Assembly (NCBI GenBank): GCA_001782165.1 | Contig: MFNV01000009.1 | Span: 1-54,122 of the forward strand | Reading direction: 5' to 3' | DNA length: 54,122 nucleotides | From: Candidatus Levybacteria bacterium RIFCSPHIGHO2_01_FULL_41_15 | GTDB lineage: Bacteria > Patescibacteriota > Microgenomatia > Levybacterales > UBA12049 | Shown: one piece after another, positions 17,590 to 26,938 of the stretch | Position numbering within the stretch: position 1 is the first letter of the stretch | Layout of the letters: every line of letters starts with the position of its first letter | Notes under the pieces: generated by a model | Databases searched by the model: none | What the model saw: only the letters and a program-made list of their open reading frames with translations | What the model was told of the DNA's origin: nothing | Made by a program: the position numbers and the translations under genes

Positions 17590-18827
17590 GTTGAAATTTT
17601 CTCAAGTCTTCTTAAGGCTTTGTCTTTTGAGGTAGGATCAATTTTTGTCCGTTTTACCGCTTTTTGCAAAATATTAATAGTAGTATCGTAAGTCTTGGTA
17701 TCAACTGGATAAGGGATTTCATCTTTCCCTCCGTGTGCAAAACTGTATCTTGCAGGATCCTCATATGAAGGGTCAGCGCCATAAATAATTTCGGAAACCA
17801 GCGAAAGAGCCCGAATGGTTTTGGGTCCCACTCCTTCAATAGCAAGCAAACCCTCATAATCTTCAGGGCTTTCGTATGTCGCTTTTTGTAAAATGCGGTC
17901 TAAGTACTTACTTTTGGTAAAGTCCTCGGTGACTACGGGGTGAGTAGTAAAATGCGGATCATTGAGTTTTAGAAAGGTCAACTGTTCCCCATCTCCACCA
18001 GCTTTTTTTGGTGGCATTCTAAAGGATATCATTTGAGAGTAATCAGAAAAATGATTTCTTAAAAGTTGTATATCCTTCATAAGAGTATTGTATCCTGAAG
18101 AAACCAATTCCGAAGAAAGTTCTCTATTCTCTTCGCTTTTTTTATCAACCAGATTTAACACTTTCCTTTCAAAAACCTGTGATGCGATTCCCGAATGAGG
18201 TTCGTCTATAAAATCCTTTCCATATTTTTTATTTTTTATATTTAATCTTTTATCTTGTAGTTCATCATACCAATGGTATCTTCTCGCTGTTGCATTACTT
18301 GTATTCATTCCCTGCTGAACAACTGCCCAGCTTGAGAGAACCGGTGCAGAGTTCCCATTTTTTCTTACCGAGAAAAGGAAGGCATGGTGATAAATTTGAT
18401 ATCCGTCCTGAACTAAACTTGAGTCAACCTTGGCAGCCATTTTTGAGCTGTATGAAAGACTCTCGATCTTTTCGGAATCCAAACTTAATCTTTCTCCCCA
18501 ATCTAAAATTTCATCAGGAGTTTTTCTTGATGTTTTTCCTTTCCCTCCGCAAATAAAAACACCAAGATCTTTTTCTTCTCCCCTTATTGCCTCCTTAAGT
18601 GCCGCAGTTAAAATTGTTGTAAGGCCTGAGGCATTCCAGTCAAATGCAAGAACGGTTCCTAAGGACTGGAACCAGATAGGGTCGGCTATTCTTCTTACAA
18701 ACTCTGTCGGCCCGTATTCTTCAACCAAGACCCTTGTCATCTCTCGTCCCAAAGAAACCATTCTTCTGAAAAGCCATGGAGGACACCGTCCTGTATCAAG
18801 TGTAAAAGTGGCTATCCCTCGTCTCAC
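17586..18827 (-). CDS. DUF763 family protein
   Basis: PPWLF, DWNASGLTT, GGKG, AAKVD, VVQQGMN and SFAHGGKD motifs. Confidence 0.92.
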   Translation of the reverse strand: MRRGIATFTLDTGRCPPWLFRRMVSLGREMTRVLVEEYGPTEFVRRIADPIWFQSLGTVLAFDWNASGLTTILTAALKEAIRGEEKDLGVFICGGKGKTSRKTPDEILDWGERLSLDSEKIESLSYSSKMAAKVDSSLVQDGYQIYHHAFLFSVRKNGNSAPVLSSWAVVQQGMNTSNATARRYHWYDELQDKRLNIKNKKYGKDFIDEPHSGIASQVFERKVLNLVDKKSEENRELSSELVSSGYNTLMKDIQLLRNHFSDYSQMISFRMPPKKAGGDGEQLTFLKLNDPHFTTHPVVTEDFTKSKYLDRILQKATYESPEDYEGLLAIEGVGPKTIRALSLVSEIIYGADPSYEDPARYSFAHGGKDEIPYPVDTKTYDTTINILQKAVKRTKIDPTSKDKALRRLEKIST

Positions 18828-18850
18828 ACACTAACAGTAGCATAGAGGAG

Positions 18851-19372
18851 TTAACTTCTCAAGGATTTTTGGGTAATAATGCTGTAGGTCGCGCCAAGTC
18901 GTGATAACCTTGATTCAAAAAGAGTTATTTTATTTACTTTCATTTTTCGGTTAATTTTAGTTTGTTTTATTCTTGGAAGTTCTAAGATGCCCTTTTCCTC
19001 AAACCTCGCAAGCGTTATGTGAAGATTATATTTTCTCTTTTCCTTTTCTCGTCTGAAGTGTTCATGAAGTTTTTCATGAAGTCTCAAAAGGCTTTTGGTT
19101 GTTTTTCCATTTACCCAAATCATCCAGGGTCTATTGCCGGGAAAATATTTAATTTCCTCAAAAATCAGATCAAAAAACCCTTCGTCAAAATTAAATTTAT
19201 TGAATTTCCCAATAACTTTCTCTATGTTTTCTTCCCAAAAAGGCGGGACAAGCGTAACGTGAAGGTTAGATGATTCAATAAAGCGGACCGGAAGTTTCCT
19301 GTTTTCTTCCTGCCATTTCAAAAAATCTTTTTGGATTTCCCCGGAACATTTTATCCCAATAAAAATTCTCAT
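18851..19372 (-). CDS. thpR: RNA 2',3'-cyclic phosphodiesterase (2H family)
   Basis: MRIFIGI start and two HxT motifs (LHVTL, LHITLAR). Confidence 0.93.
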   Translation of the reverse strand: MRIFIGIKCSGEIQKDFLKWQEENRKLPVRFIESSNLHVTLVPPFWEENIEKVIGKFNKFNFDEGFFDLIFEEIKYFPGNRPWMIWVNGKTTKSLLRLHEKLHEHFRREKEKRKYNLHITLARFEEKGILELPRIKQTKINRKMKVNKITLFESRLSRLGATYSIITQKSLRS

Positions 19373-19384
19373 TCAGTTTCTTTT

Positions 19385-20053
19385 TTATAAACCCGCCGCA
19401 TCAATAACATCATATGCCTCTTTTATTCTCCCATCTAGTAAATAGTGAAGAATTCTTGGTCTTAATTTATAATCAGCAAAGGGTAGTGCCTGCAAAATTC
19501 TAAGATATCTAATATCACTTGGCAGAAAACGACTTGCAAAGTCCTTGATTCTTAAAGTAAATTCATGGCAAAATTCTCTAAGTCTTTCTAGCGTTTCTCT
19601 TTCTTTCCCTATCAATGTTGTTCTAGCATCTTCTGAAATAAACTTTCTGTTTGGGGCATTCTCAACATTTTGTCCTAAAGAATCTGCTCTTTCCTTAAGT
19701 GTTTCTTGGATAAAAAAGGAGGAGATATAGACTAGTTGGGGTGAGTCCATATCCCAATTCATTCTTCTTGAAATGCCTGCTAACTCAAGACCAACCATAA
19801 AAACAAGTGCGTTCTGTCCTCTGTGCCGTTTGGGGTTACCAAATGTGTTTATGCTTAAAAAAGTTATATTATCAAGAGCAAAGTCCCACTCAAGATCTGG
19901 GGCGACCTCGCGTGCATTTAAAACGGTATCACCTGCAACTTTCTTCCTTATCTCAAAACTTTCTATCTTCGCGGTTTTAAAAAATTCGCTGGGAGTCTTA
20001 GGAGTTATGGGATAGTCATACAAACCACCCCTTCTCTCTCTTGCGTCAGTCAT
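19385..20053 (-). CDS. hypothetical protein (accessory)
   Basis: 222-aa ORF with its own promoter, TTGACA-17-TAAGAT at 20065-20093. Confidence 0.75.
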   Translation of the reverse strand: MTDARERRGGLYDYPITPKTPSEFFKTAKIESFEIRKKVAGDTVLNAREVAPDLEWDFALDNITFLSINTFGNPKRHRGQNALVFMVGLELAGISRRMNWDMDSPQLVYISSFFIQETLKERADSLGQNVENAPNRKFISEDARTTLIGKERETLERLREFCHEFTLRIKDFASRFLPSDIRYLRILQALPFADYKLRPRILHYLLDGRIKEAYDVIDAAGL

Positions 20054-20089
20054 AGCAAGAGTGGATCTTATAACTTTGTTACGATAATG

Positions 20090-20494
20090 TCAATTTTGGG
20101 GTTCTTTTGCTTTTTCGAAGTTAAGAGCTAAAGAGTTTATGCAGTATCTTTTCCGCGTTGCTGTTGGACCGTCATCAAACACATGTCCCAAATGTGCCCT
20201 GCAGGTTTTACATTTTACCTCAACTCTTTTCATTCCAAGACTCAAATCATTTTCAAAATCCACATTATCTCCAACCAGCCTGTCAAAAGAGGGCCAGCCT
20301 GTTCCCGAATCAAACTTGTTGTCAGAGTAAAAAAGAGAATTTCCGCAGACAACACAATCATACATTCCTTTGTCGTGGTTATCGGTATATTTTCCTGATC
20401 CAGGCGGCTCGGTTCCCTTTAAAAAACAAATGTTATATTGTTCGGGAGTTAATTTCTTCTTAAGTTCTTCAAGTTTTTCCTTATCCATTTTCAT
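20090..20494 (-). CDS. msrB: peptide-methionine (R)-S-oxide reductase
   Basis: GTEPP, KFDSGTGWPSF, HLGHVFDDGP and RYCINS motifs; two CxxC. Confidence 0.97.
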   Translation of the reverse strand: MKMDKEKLEELKKKLTPEQYNICFLKGTEPPGSGKYTDNHDKGMYDCVVCGNSLFYSDNKFDSGTGWPSFDRLVGDNVDFENDLSLGMKRVEVKCKTCRAHLGHVFDDGPTATRKRYCINSLALNFEKAKEPQN

Positions 20495-20739
20495 CCTAGT
20501 GTTTTTACTTCTACAACATCTTCAAGTGGTACAGCTGCTCCCTCGTGCGCCTCTTTAACCTCTTGGGCAGATTGCGCTTCTGTCTGACAATAGGCAAAAC
20601 CCTTCTCCATGCTAACAACCGCGCCCAAAGGCTTTAGTCCCTTTGCCACTGCCCCCTGTTTATACTTTTCGTAACCTTCCCGGACATCAGTTTCGCTCAT
20701 TCCGGGGACAAGTTTATGAATTCCCAAAAATACTGTCAT
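20491..20739 (-). CDS. DUF4242/SCO4226-like small protein
   Basis: GFAYCQTEAQSAQEVKEAHEGAAVPLEDVVEV pattern; SD AGGAGGTGA (20745-20753) before ATG 20739. Confidence 0.75.
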   Translation of the reverse strand: MTVFLGIHKLVPGMSETDVREGYEKYKQGAVAKGLKPLGAVVSMEKGFAYCQTEAQSAQEVKEAHEGAAVPLEDVVEVKTLG

Positions 20740-20744
20740 TCTTA

Positions 20745-21032
20745 TCACCTCCTTTTCACACTATTATTTTCTGTTCTAAGCTTATCCAATGTTTCTGCTC
20801 TCGCCGTTCCACGGATTCCTCTTTCTGCTATAAGCTGATCTTGCGGATCAAGTACTATTTCGTTACCCTTTGAATCTTTAACTACAAAAGGTCTTGGATC
20901 TTCTGGATCTTCGGTAGGATAAACTCTTACTCTTTTAAAATGGGGACCCTTTCCTTCCCCTTCGGTTTGGATTGACATTTGCATTAAGAATGGTTTTTCG
21001 GGTTTTGACTGCGGGGGTCTTTGTGCTTCCAT
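20745..21032 (-). CDS. hypothetical protein
   Basis: Start moved to ATG 21032 (MEAQRP), 7 nt after TAAAAT, which removes the overlap with the divergent gene. Confidence 0.6.
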   Translation of the reverse strand: MEAQRPPQSKPEKPFLMQMSIQTEGEGKGPHFKRVRVYPTEDPEDPRPFVVKDSKGNEIVLDPQDQLIAERGIRGTARAETLDKLRTENNSVKRR

Positions 21033-21090
21033 ATGCTCTATTTTACCAAAAACTTGATATCTTGTCTTTTTATATATAAAATTGCTTGTT

Positions 21091-22224
21091 ATGCAAAGTA
21101 AAGAAGCGCCGCAAATGGAATTTGATATTGGGAAAGGTAATTCATTTGCCATCATGACTCAGGCAGCAACTAGTCCCGAACAGGAACAAAGAGTACAGGG
21201 CTTAATTAGTTTTTCGGATATTGAAAGAATGATCTATAGACATATCGAAAAAGTCCCTCCAAGAAATACTTTTGATGTAAGCGCTGTTATTGGAGCAGGA
21301 ATCGACTGGTTTTTGGTCCCTGCAAATTTTATCTATAGATACCGCGATGATTATTGCTTTGATCCCGACAGGTTTTATACCGAATGGAATTTACAAACTG
21401 TATTTTCAAGATTTTATCCCACTGGTTTTGGTTTTGATGAATATCTAGAGCTTTTCAAAAACCATCGCAAAAGATTTATCCAAAGCGATCCTCTAAAACC
21501 CGCAAATTTTGCTCTTGAAAGAAGAAATATAAAAAGGGCAATGATCCCATTATGGGAGGAGATTGCAAAAAAGTTTAAGATTGATTCTCTTGAAGTTCAA
21601 GAAATTATGGAAAATGCAAAAGGAGTTGTTTTGCCATCTGGGAGAACCGCATCGGCCGAAACTGTCGGACAAATCGGGCAGAGAATCGTAAGAGAAAGAT
21701 TTGATGCTTTGGTTGATGATGATAAAGATTACACATATATAGCAAAGCCCCGTTGTCTTTTGTCTTTTGAGGTTGACGGAATTACTTTTCAGGTCCAAGT
21801 TGAGCCGGATTACATAAAACGCAAGAGAGAAAAAAGAAAATCGACTATAAAAAGACAAGTCGTTGCAAAACGGATAGTCGGTGATTTTAAAGATTCCGAC
21901 AGACATAATTTAACCGACTATACAACCGCATTTGGGAAAACAATGCTTGTCTACAATTTTCTTTTAAGACAAATTGGGCAGAGATTTGTAGAAAAAGTTA
22001 CATGGGTAAAACTTCCTAACGGGCAGAGACGAAGAGTTTTTATAATAAGAGACAGGGTTTCAAAACCCGTTCCTTCGGATAGAGTCGAGACGGCTTTGGA
22101 ATTTTTGCAGGAAGAGAGCGGGGATATTTTTACACTGATGCCAAGACTTTCGGAAAAAGAAGAAGCTATGGCAAGGAATTTATTAGAACAGGCTCTTCAA
22201 ATTTCAAGGCAGGTTAGGATTTAA
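21091..22224 (+). CDS. hypothetical protein with putative PD-(D/E)xK (RecB-like) nuclease motif
   Basis: Long ORF containing VEPDYI...RIVGDFKDS...MLVY. Confidence 0.65.
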   Translation: MQSKEAPQMEFDIGKGNSFAIMTQAATSPEQEQRVQGLISFSDIERMIYRHIEKVPPRNTFDVSAVIGAGIDWFLVPANFIYRYRDDYCFDPDRFYTEWNLQTVFSRFYPTGFGFDEYLELFKNHRKRFIQSDPLKPANFALERRNIKRAMIPLWEEIAKKFKIDSLEVQEIMENAKGVVLPSGRTASAETVGQIGQRIVRERFDALVDDDKDYTYIAKPRCLLSFEVDGITFQVQVEPDYIKRKREKRKSTIKRQVVAKRIVGDFKDSDRHNLTDYTTAFGKTMLVYNFLLRQIGQRFVEKVTWVKLPNGQRRRVFIIRDRVSKPVPSDRVETALEFLQEESGDIFTLMPRLSEKEEAMARNLLEQALQISRQVRI

Positions 22225-22565
22225 CGAAAGCTTGGGGTTGAAAGACTATTCAATGAATTGGACTCAGGTTTGCAAAGCCTAAATGCAACATGCTGAGTTT
22301 TCTCATCGGTGCCAGTACCTATCATCGTTTTAGCGGGGTTTGGATTTATAAATTTAATAACTTTTCGTCTTAAAAGACCATTCTCCCGTTGATTCCAGAT
22401 CGACTCGGATATATTTGTTTGAAAGTAGGTAACAATTTTACCTTCTTGAACCTGATGAACCAAGCTAATCGTATATCCTCTGGTATCCGGGATAGGAATC
22501 TCATCGGTTACTATCGTGCCTCCTATATCCTTAAGACCTCTTAAGCCTAGTTCTCCCAAAAACAT
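22221..22565 (-). CDS. hypothetical protein
   Basis: 114-aa ATG ORF with TATAAT upstream; convergent 4-nt overlap with the neighbour. Confidence 0.55.
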   Translation of the reverse strand: MFLGELGLRGLKDIGGTIVTDEIPIPDTRGYTISLVHQVQEGKIVTYFQTNISESIWNQRENGLLRRKVIKFINPNPAKTMIGTGTDEKTQHVAFRLCKPESNSLNSLSTPSFR

Positions 22566-22638
22566 ATGGTGATAAAGCCTATAGGTATATTATACACCGT
22601 TTGTCAAAAAATACCCAATAAATTCAAGAATTTAAGAA

Positions 22639-23028
22639 TTATGCTTGAGGCGAGGTGGTTTCGTAAATTTTGTCTCCTGTTTTTATTACAATAGGGCGGA
22701 TGAGGTTAACGCCTATCATTGCAAGTTTATATCCAAAACCTCCGATAAAAGTCATAAGGAGAAAATGGGCAGAGAGATTAAGCGCGCTATCCAAAACGCC
22801 GGGAGGAATTATGTTAAGACTCGGGAGAAGAGCGGATAAATTCGGCTGACCAGTTGAATTTAAAGAATTTAAATCAGTATTGGATGCTGTAGGATAAGTG
22901 CTTTTTGGGATACTAAAGTATGTGGGATGAATTATATTCGTAAATGCGAGAATTACCAGAACTACCGAAAATACCATTATAAAAACTCCAATGCTTAAAA
23001 AAATATATCCCGTGGTCTTTGTGTTCAT
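22639..23028 (-). CDS. two-TM membrane protein
   Basis: Two hydrophobic helices, C-terminal GVNLIRPI. ATG 23028 lies 6 nt after TATCAT. Confidence 0.8.
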   Translation of the reverse strand: MNTKTTGYIFLSIGVFIMVFSVVLVILAFTNIIHPTYFSIPKSTYPTASNTDLNSLNSTGQPNLSALLPSLNIIPPGVLDSALNLSAHFLLMTFIGGFGYKLAMIGVNLIRPIVIKTGDKIYETTSPQA

Positions 23029-23203
23029 AAAATCATGATAAACAACCCCCACGGCATTTGCAACAAAAATTGTCAATCATGCTTAAGAAACTATTTGATT
23101 TGTTATTCTAGTCTTCTCAAGAATTTGAGAATATCAGACTATTTTTCAGTTTTATCAGATATTGCAAGACTTGACAAAATTTTTAAGAATGGGCAGACTG
23201 AAA

Positions 23204-24325
23204 ATGATGATACTTTCAAAATATCCAATCATAATTACCAGTGCGATTATTTTTTTTATTGTCTTTATTTTCAATTTTGCGCCCTTTTCTTATGCAGGTT
23301 CTCCAACAATCTCCAAGATAATTACAACTCAGCTGCACAAAGAGGGCGATCAGGTTCATAAATATCAGCTTGAGGCAGTTGTCAAAAATCCATCCGGAGA
23401 AAGAATTGAAGCATTTTGGAAAGTAGATTGCGGTAGTTTAAATACAGACAGGGGGTTTAAGGTTGTTTTAAGTTATTCCGATGATTGTTCAGATGCTCAA
23501 GTTACGCTAACTGTGGTTAACAATAAGCTGTACGGACAGAAATTAACTCAATATGTTTTTCTCCCCGGAACTCTCCGCATAGTAAATATCAAACCAAAAA
23601 ACCAGGAACCAGAAACCCAAGCAGTTACTACTCCCAAAAATCCCCCACTTTCCCTTATCCCAGCTGTTTCACAGCAGAAAAATTTTGGACAATTTCCATT
23701 TGTGACAAATGGAGTTTTAACAATTGCCGGATTAGTTTTACTTGCTGTCATTTTGTATGCTTTATGGAAAAAGTATTTATCCGTAAAGCTTATATCAACA
23801 GACAGTAAAGAGAAAGAGCAATGCAAATTGGGTGAGACAAGAGACTGTAAATTGATCGGCATGAAGTATTCTATCTACAACAGGAGACCTCATGAAGACG
23901 AAGAACTGGATTTATTCCTTGAGTTTTCTGCAGACGCAACCGACATTGCCAATTGGCTTATCTCAACAAGAGGCACAACTCCAGCGGTAAAAATGCTTCC
24001 GACTTTTCTAAGACAGACGATAGAAATCCATAAAAATATTAACAAAATTGAAAAATTGCGCGACGGGGTGGATATTTGGGGAACCATACAATGGGAAGAA
24101 TGTGAAGAACAAGGTTTTTGGATTTTGGCAAGCAATTCATGGGTACTTAAAACTAAAGATATTAAAATTTCTCCCCCGCTTTACTCATATCAGATGAATA
24201 CTCGAGCATGGAATCCGGAATATATGACGAATCAAAAATTTATCTATAGTAAGTTAAAGGAAATTCTTTCCTATGTCCGCAAAAAAGCCTTAGAGGAATG
24301 CCCGGGAAAACAGAGGGAAATATAA
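23204..24325 (+). CDS. hypothetical exported or membrane-anchored protein
   Basis: Signal-like N-terminus, beta-rich domain, Pro-rich linker, TM helix, then a Cys-containing C-terminal domain. Start approximate. Confidence 0.75.
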   Translation: MMILSKYPIIITSAIIFFIVFIFNFAPFSYAGSPTISKIITTQLHKEGDQVHKYQLEAVVKNPSGERIEAFWKVDCGSLNTDRGFKVVLSYSDDCSDAQVTLTVVNNKLYGQKLTQYVFLPGTLRIVNIKPKNQEPETQAVTTPKNPPLSLIPAVSQQKNFGQFPFVTNGVLTIAGLVLLAVILYALWKKYLSVKLISTDSKEKEQCKLGETRDCKLIGMKYSIYNRRPHEDEELDLFLEFSADATDIANWLISTRGTTPAVKMLPTFLRQTIEIHKNINKIEKLRDGVDIWGTIQWEECEEQGFWILASNSWVLKTKDIKISPPLYSYQMNTRAWNPEYMTNQKFIYSKLKEILSYVRKKALEECPGKQREI

Positions 24326-24352
24326 AATTTCAAACACTTTGAAAATTCTCTA

Positions 24353-24877
24353 TTATTCGTTGGGTGAAATTCTTACATCCAGAAGTTCGATGTCAAAGAC
24401 TAGAGAGGTGTTTGGAAGAATGGCATTTGGTACTCCTGTTTCTCCATACGCAAGGTCAGGAGGAATTATCAAGCGTCTTTTTCCTCCAACTCGCATTCCC
24501 AAAATCCCCTGATCCCATCCGGCAATCACCTTTCCAACTCCTATTTGAACTTGCAACGGCTGTTTGCCCAAAGATGTGTCAAAAACTTTTCCATCGGTAA
24601 ACATTCCTGTATAGTTAACAGTAATCGCATTGCCCGATGCGGCGGGCGTTCCCGTACCAATCTGCGTATCAATAATAGTAAGTTTTGTTATTTGGAAAGG
24701 AGCCTGAGTAGGAGGGGTCGTAGGCAAAGTTGTGGGCAAAGGAGTGGGCTGCCCGTTTGGAATAGAAATTGGAGAAGTGTCAAAAGGATTTATGGGTTTT
24801 TTGGAATTTAAAGAAAGAAGAAAACCAAAAACCAATAAAATTATAAGTCCATATATGATGAGAAACTTATTGTTCAT
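24353..24877 (-). CDS. FKBP-type peptidyl-prolyl isomerase with N-terminal membrane anchor
   Basis: VNYTG, VFDTS, VIAGWDQG and IIPPDLAYG motifs. Confidence 0.96.
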   Translation of the reverse strand: MNNKFLIIYGLIILLVFGFLLSLNSKKPINPFDTSPISIPNGQPTPLPTTLPTTPPTQAPFQITKLTIIDTQIGTGTPAASGNAITVNYTGMFTDGKVFDTSLGKQPLQVQIGVGKVIAGWDQGILGMRVGGKRRLIIPPDLAYGETGVPNAILPNTSLVFDIELLDVRISPNE

Positions 24878-24943
24878 TTTTCTCCCTAATCTTATCAGAA
24901 ATTAAAACGAGATGGTATAATCAGAGAGTAATTTTAAATTTCA

Positions 24944-26938
24944 ATGACAGCGCAGGAAATTATAGGTAAATATATTAAATTTTTTGAAAAAAGAGGCCAT
25001 AAAAGAATACCCAACTCTCCTCTTGTTTTGCAAAATGATCCAACAACTCTCTTCACCTCCTCCGGTATGCAGCCTTTAGTCCCCTATTTTCTAGGAGAAA
25101 AACACCCTCAGGGAAAAAGACTTGTAAATGTTCAGAATTGCTTCAGAGCTGCCGACATTGATGAGGTCGGAGACGATAAGCATACGACTTTTTTCAGAAT
25201 GCTTGGAAACTGGTCTCTTGGTGATTATTTCAAAAAAGAACAATTACCGTGGTATTGGGAGTTTTTGACAAAAGTAATAGGACTCCCAAAAGAAAAACTT
25301 TACATAACCGTTTTCGAGGGTTTCAGTAATACTCCAAAAGATATTGAATCTGAGAAAATTTGGACAGAAATTCTTGAAAATGAAGGACTTGATTCAAAGA
25401 AAAAAATCTTCTCGTACGGAGCAGATAAAAACTGGTGGTCAAGATCTGGGGTTCCCGATGATATGCCCGAAGGAGAGCCCGGAGGACCCGATAGTGAAGT
25501 ATTCTATTTTTTTGAGAATGTAAAACACGATCCCAAATTTGGAACACAGTGTCATCCAAATTGCCAGTGCGGAAGGTTTCTTGAAATTGGAAACTCTGTC
25601 TTTATGGAGTACCAAAAGACCAAGAATGGTTTTAAACCATTGCCGAACAAGAATGTAGATTTTGGAGGGGGGGCTGAAAGACTTCTGGCAGCTGTTGAAA
25701 ACAAAAACGACATTTTTGAGACAAGGTTGTTCTCCCCCGTTATAGACTCCATCGAGAAGATAACAGCCAAGAATTATAAAAAAAATAAAAAAGCAATGCA
25801 GGTAATAGCAGATCATATAATTGCTGCAGTTTTCATAACGGACGCAGGAGTAACCCCTTCAAATAAAGAACAAGGGTATGTCTTGCGAAGACTTTTGAGA
25901 AGAGCTATCCGTTATGGGAAACAACTGGAAGCTTCTGAAACATTTACTGCTTGGATTGCTTCCTCGGTTATTGAAAACTATTCTGATACCGATTCTCAGT
26001 TAATGGATAGAAAAAAAATTATTATCGGGTTGTTTACAGAAGAAGAGGAAAAGTTTAATCAAGCTATTCGAGAAGGGCTAAAAATATCGGAAAAAATATT
26101 TTTGACACGAACCCCGATAGTTCCTGAAGAATATTCAAAAATAATGCAGATTCCGAATAAGAAAGAGTTCTTTAGAAATATATTTAGAAAGAGTGATTTT
26201 AAGGAAACGGCAAATTTTTTATCTGGCTTTGGGGTCTCTCTTACAAAAGCAGATATTGGAAATGCTACGATTTCCGGAAATCAGGCTTTTGATCTGTATC
26301 AATCCTTTGGTTTTCCTATAGAAATGGTTACAGAACTTGCTCAGGAAAAACGTTTATTTGTGGACATTGAGGATTTCAAAAGAGAACTTAAGCGACATCA
26401 AAAAGTTTCAAGAAAAGGGGCGGGGAAGAAATTCGCGGGAGGTCTTGCGGACCATTCTGGAAAAACAATAATGGGACACACCGCAACTCATCTTCTCCAC
26501 CAGGCTCTTCGGGATGTCTTGGGAAACTCTGTCTATCAGACAGGATCAAATATTACAAGCGAGAGAATAAGATTTGATTTTGCATATGATAAGAAATTAA
26601 CGGATGATGAAATTGAAAAAGTTGAAAAAATTATAAATAAAAAAATCGAAGAAAATCTTCCTGTACACTTTGAGATAATGACGCTTGATAAAGCAAAAGA
26701 AATCGGCGCAATCGGGCTTTTTGATGAAAAGTATGAAGATAAAGTAAAAGTTTATTTTATAGGTCCTTCGACTCACTCCGCTGCATCGGGACAACCTCAT
26801 ACGCAAGCGTACTCGGTTGAATTTTGCGGAGGACCCCATGTAAATTTTACAGGACTGCTTAAAAGGTTTAAGATAATAAAACAAGAGAACATTGGGCATG
26901 GGCAAAGACGTGTCTATGCAACAATCAAGGATGTATGA
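24944..26938 (+). CDS. alaS: alanine-tRNA ligase, short form without C-Ala domain
   Basis: DPTTLFTSSGMQP, FFRMLGNWS, HTATHLLH and EFCGGPH motifs. Confidence 0.97.
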   Translation: MTAQEIIGKYIKFFEKRGHKRIPNSPLVLQNDPTTLFTSSGMQPLVPYFLGEKHPQGKRLVNVQNCFRAADIDEVGDDKHTTFFRMLGNWSLGDYFKKEQLPWYWEFLTKVIGLPKEKLYITVFEGFSNTPKDIESEKIWTEILENEGLDSKKKIFSYGADKNWWSRSGVPDDMPEGEPGGPDSEVFYFFENVKHDPKFGTQCHPNCQCGRFLEIGNSVFMEYQKTKNGFKPLPNKNVDFGGGAERLLAAVENKNDIFETRLFSPVIDSIEKITAKNYKKNKKAMQVIADHIIAAVFITDAGVTPSNKEQGYVLRRLLRRAIRYGKQLEASETFTAWIASSVIENYSDTDSQLMDRKKIIIGLFTEEEEKFNQAIREGLKISEKIFLTRTPIVPEEYSKIMQIPNKKEFFRNIFRKSDFKETANFLSGFGVSLTKADIGNATISGNQAFDLYQSFGFPIEMVTELAQEKRLFVDIEDFKRELKRHQKVSRKGAGKKFAGGLADHSGKTIMGHTATHLLHQALRDVLGNSVYQTGSNITSERIRFDFAYDKKLTDDEIEKVEKIINKKIEENLPVHFEIMTLDKAKEIGAIGLFDEKYEDKVKVYFIGPSTHSAASGQPHTQAYSVEFCGGPHVNFTGLLKRFKIIKQENIGHGQRRVYATIKDV

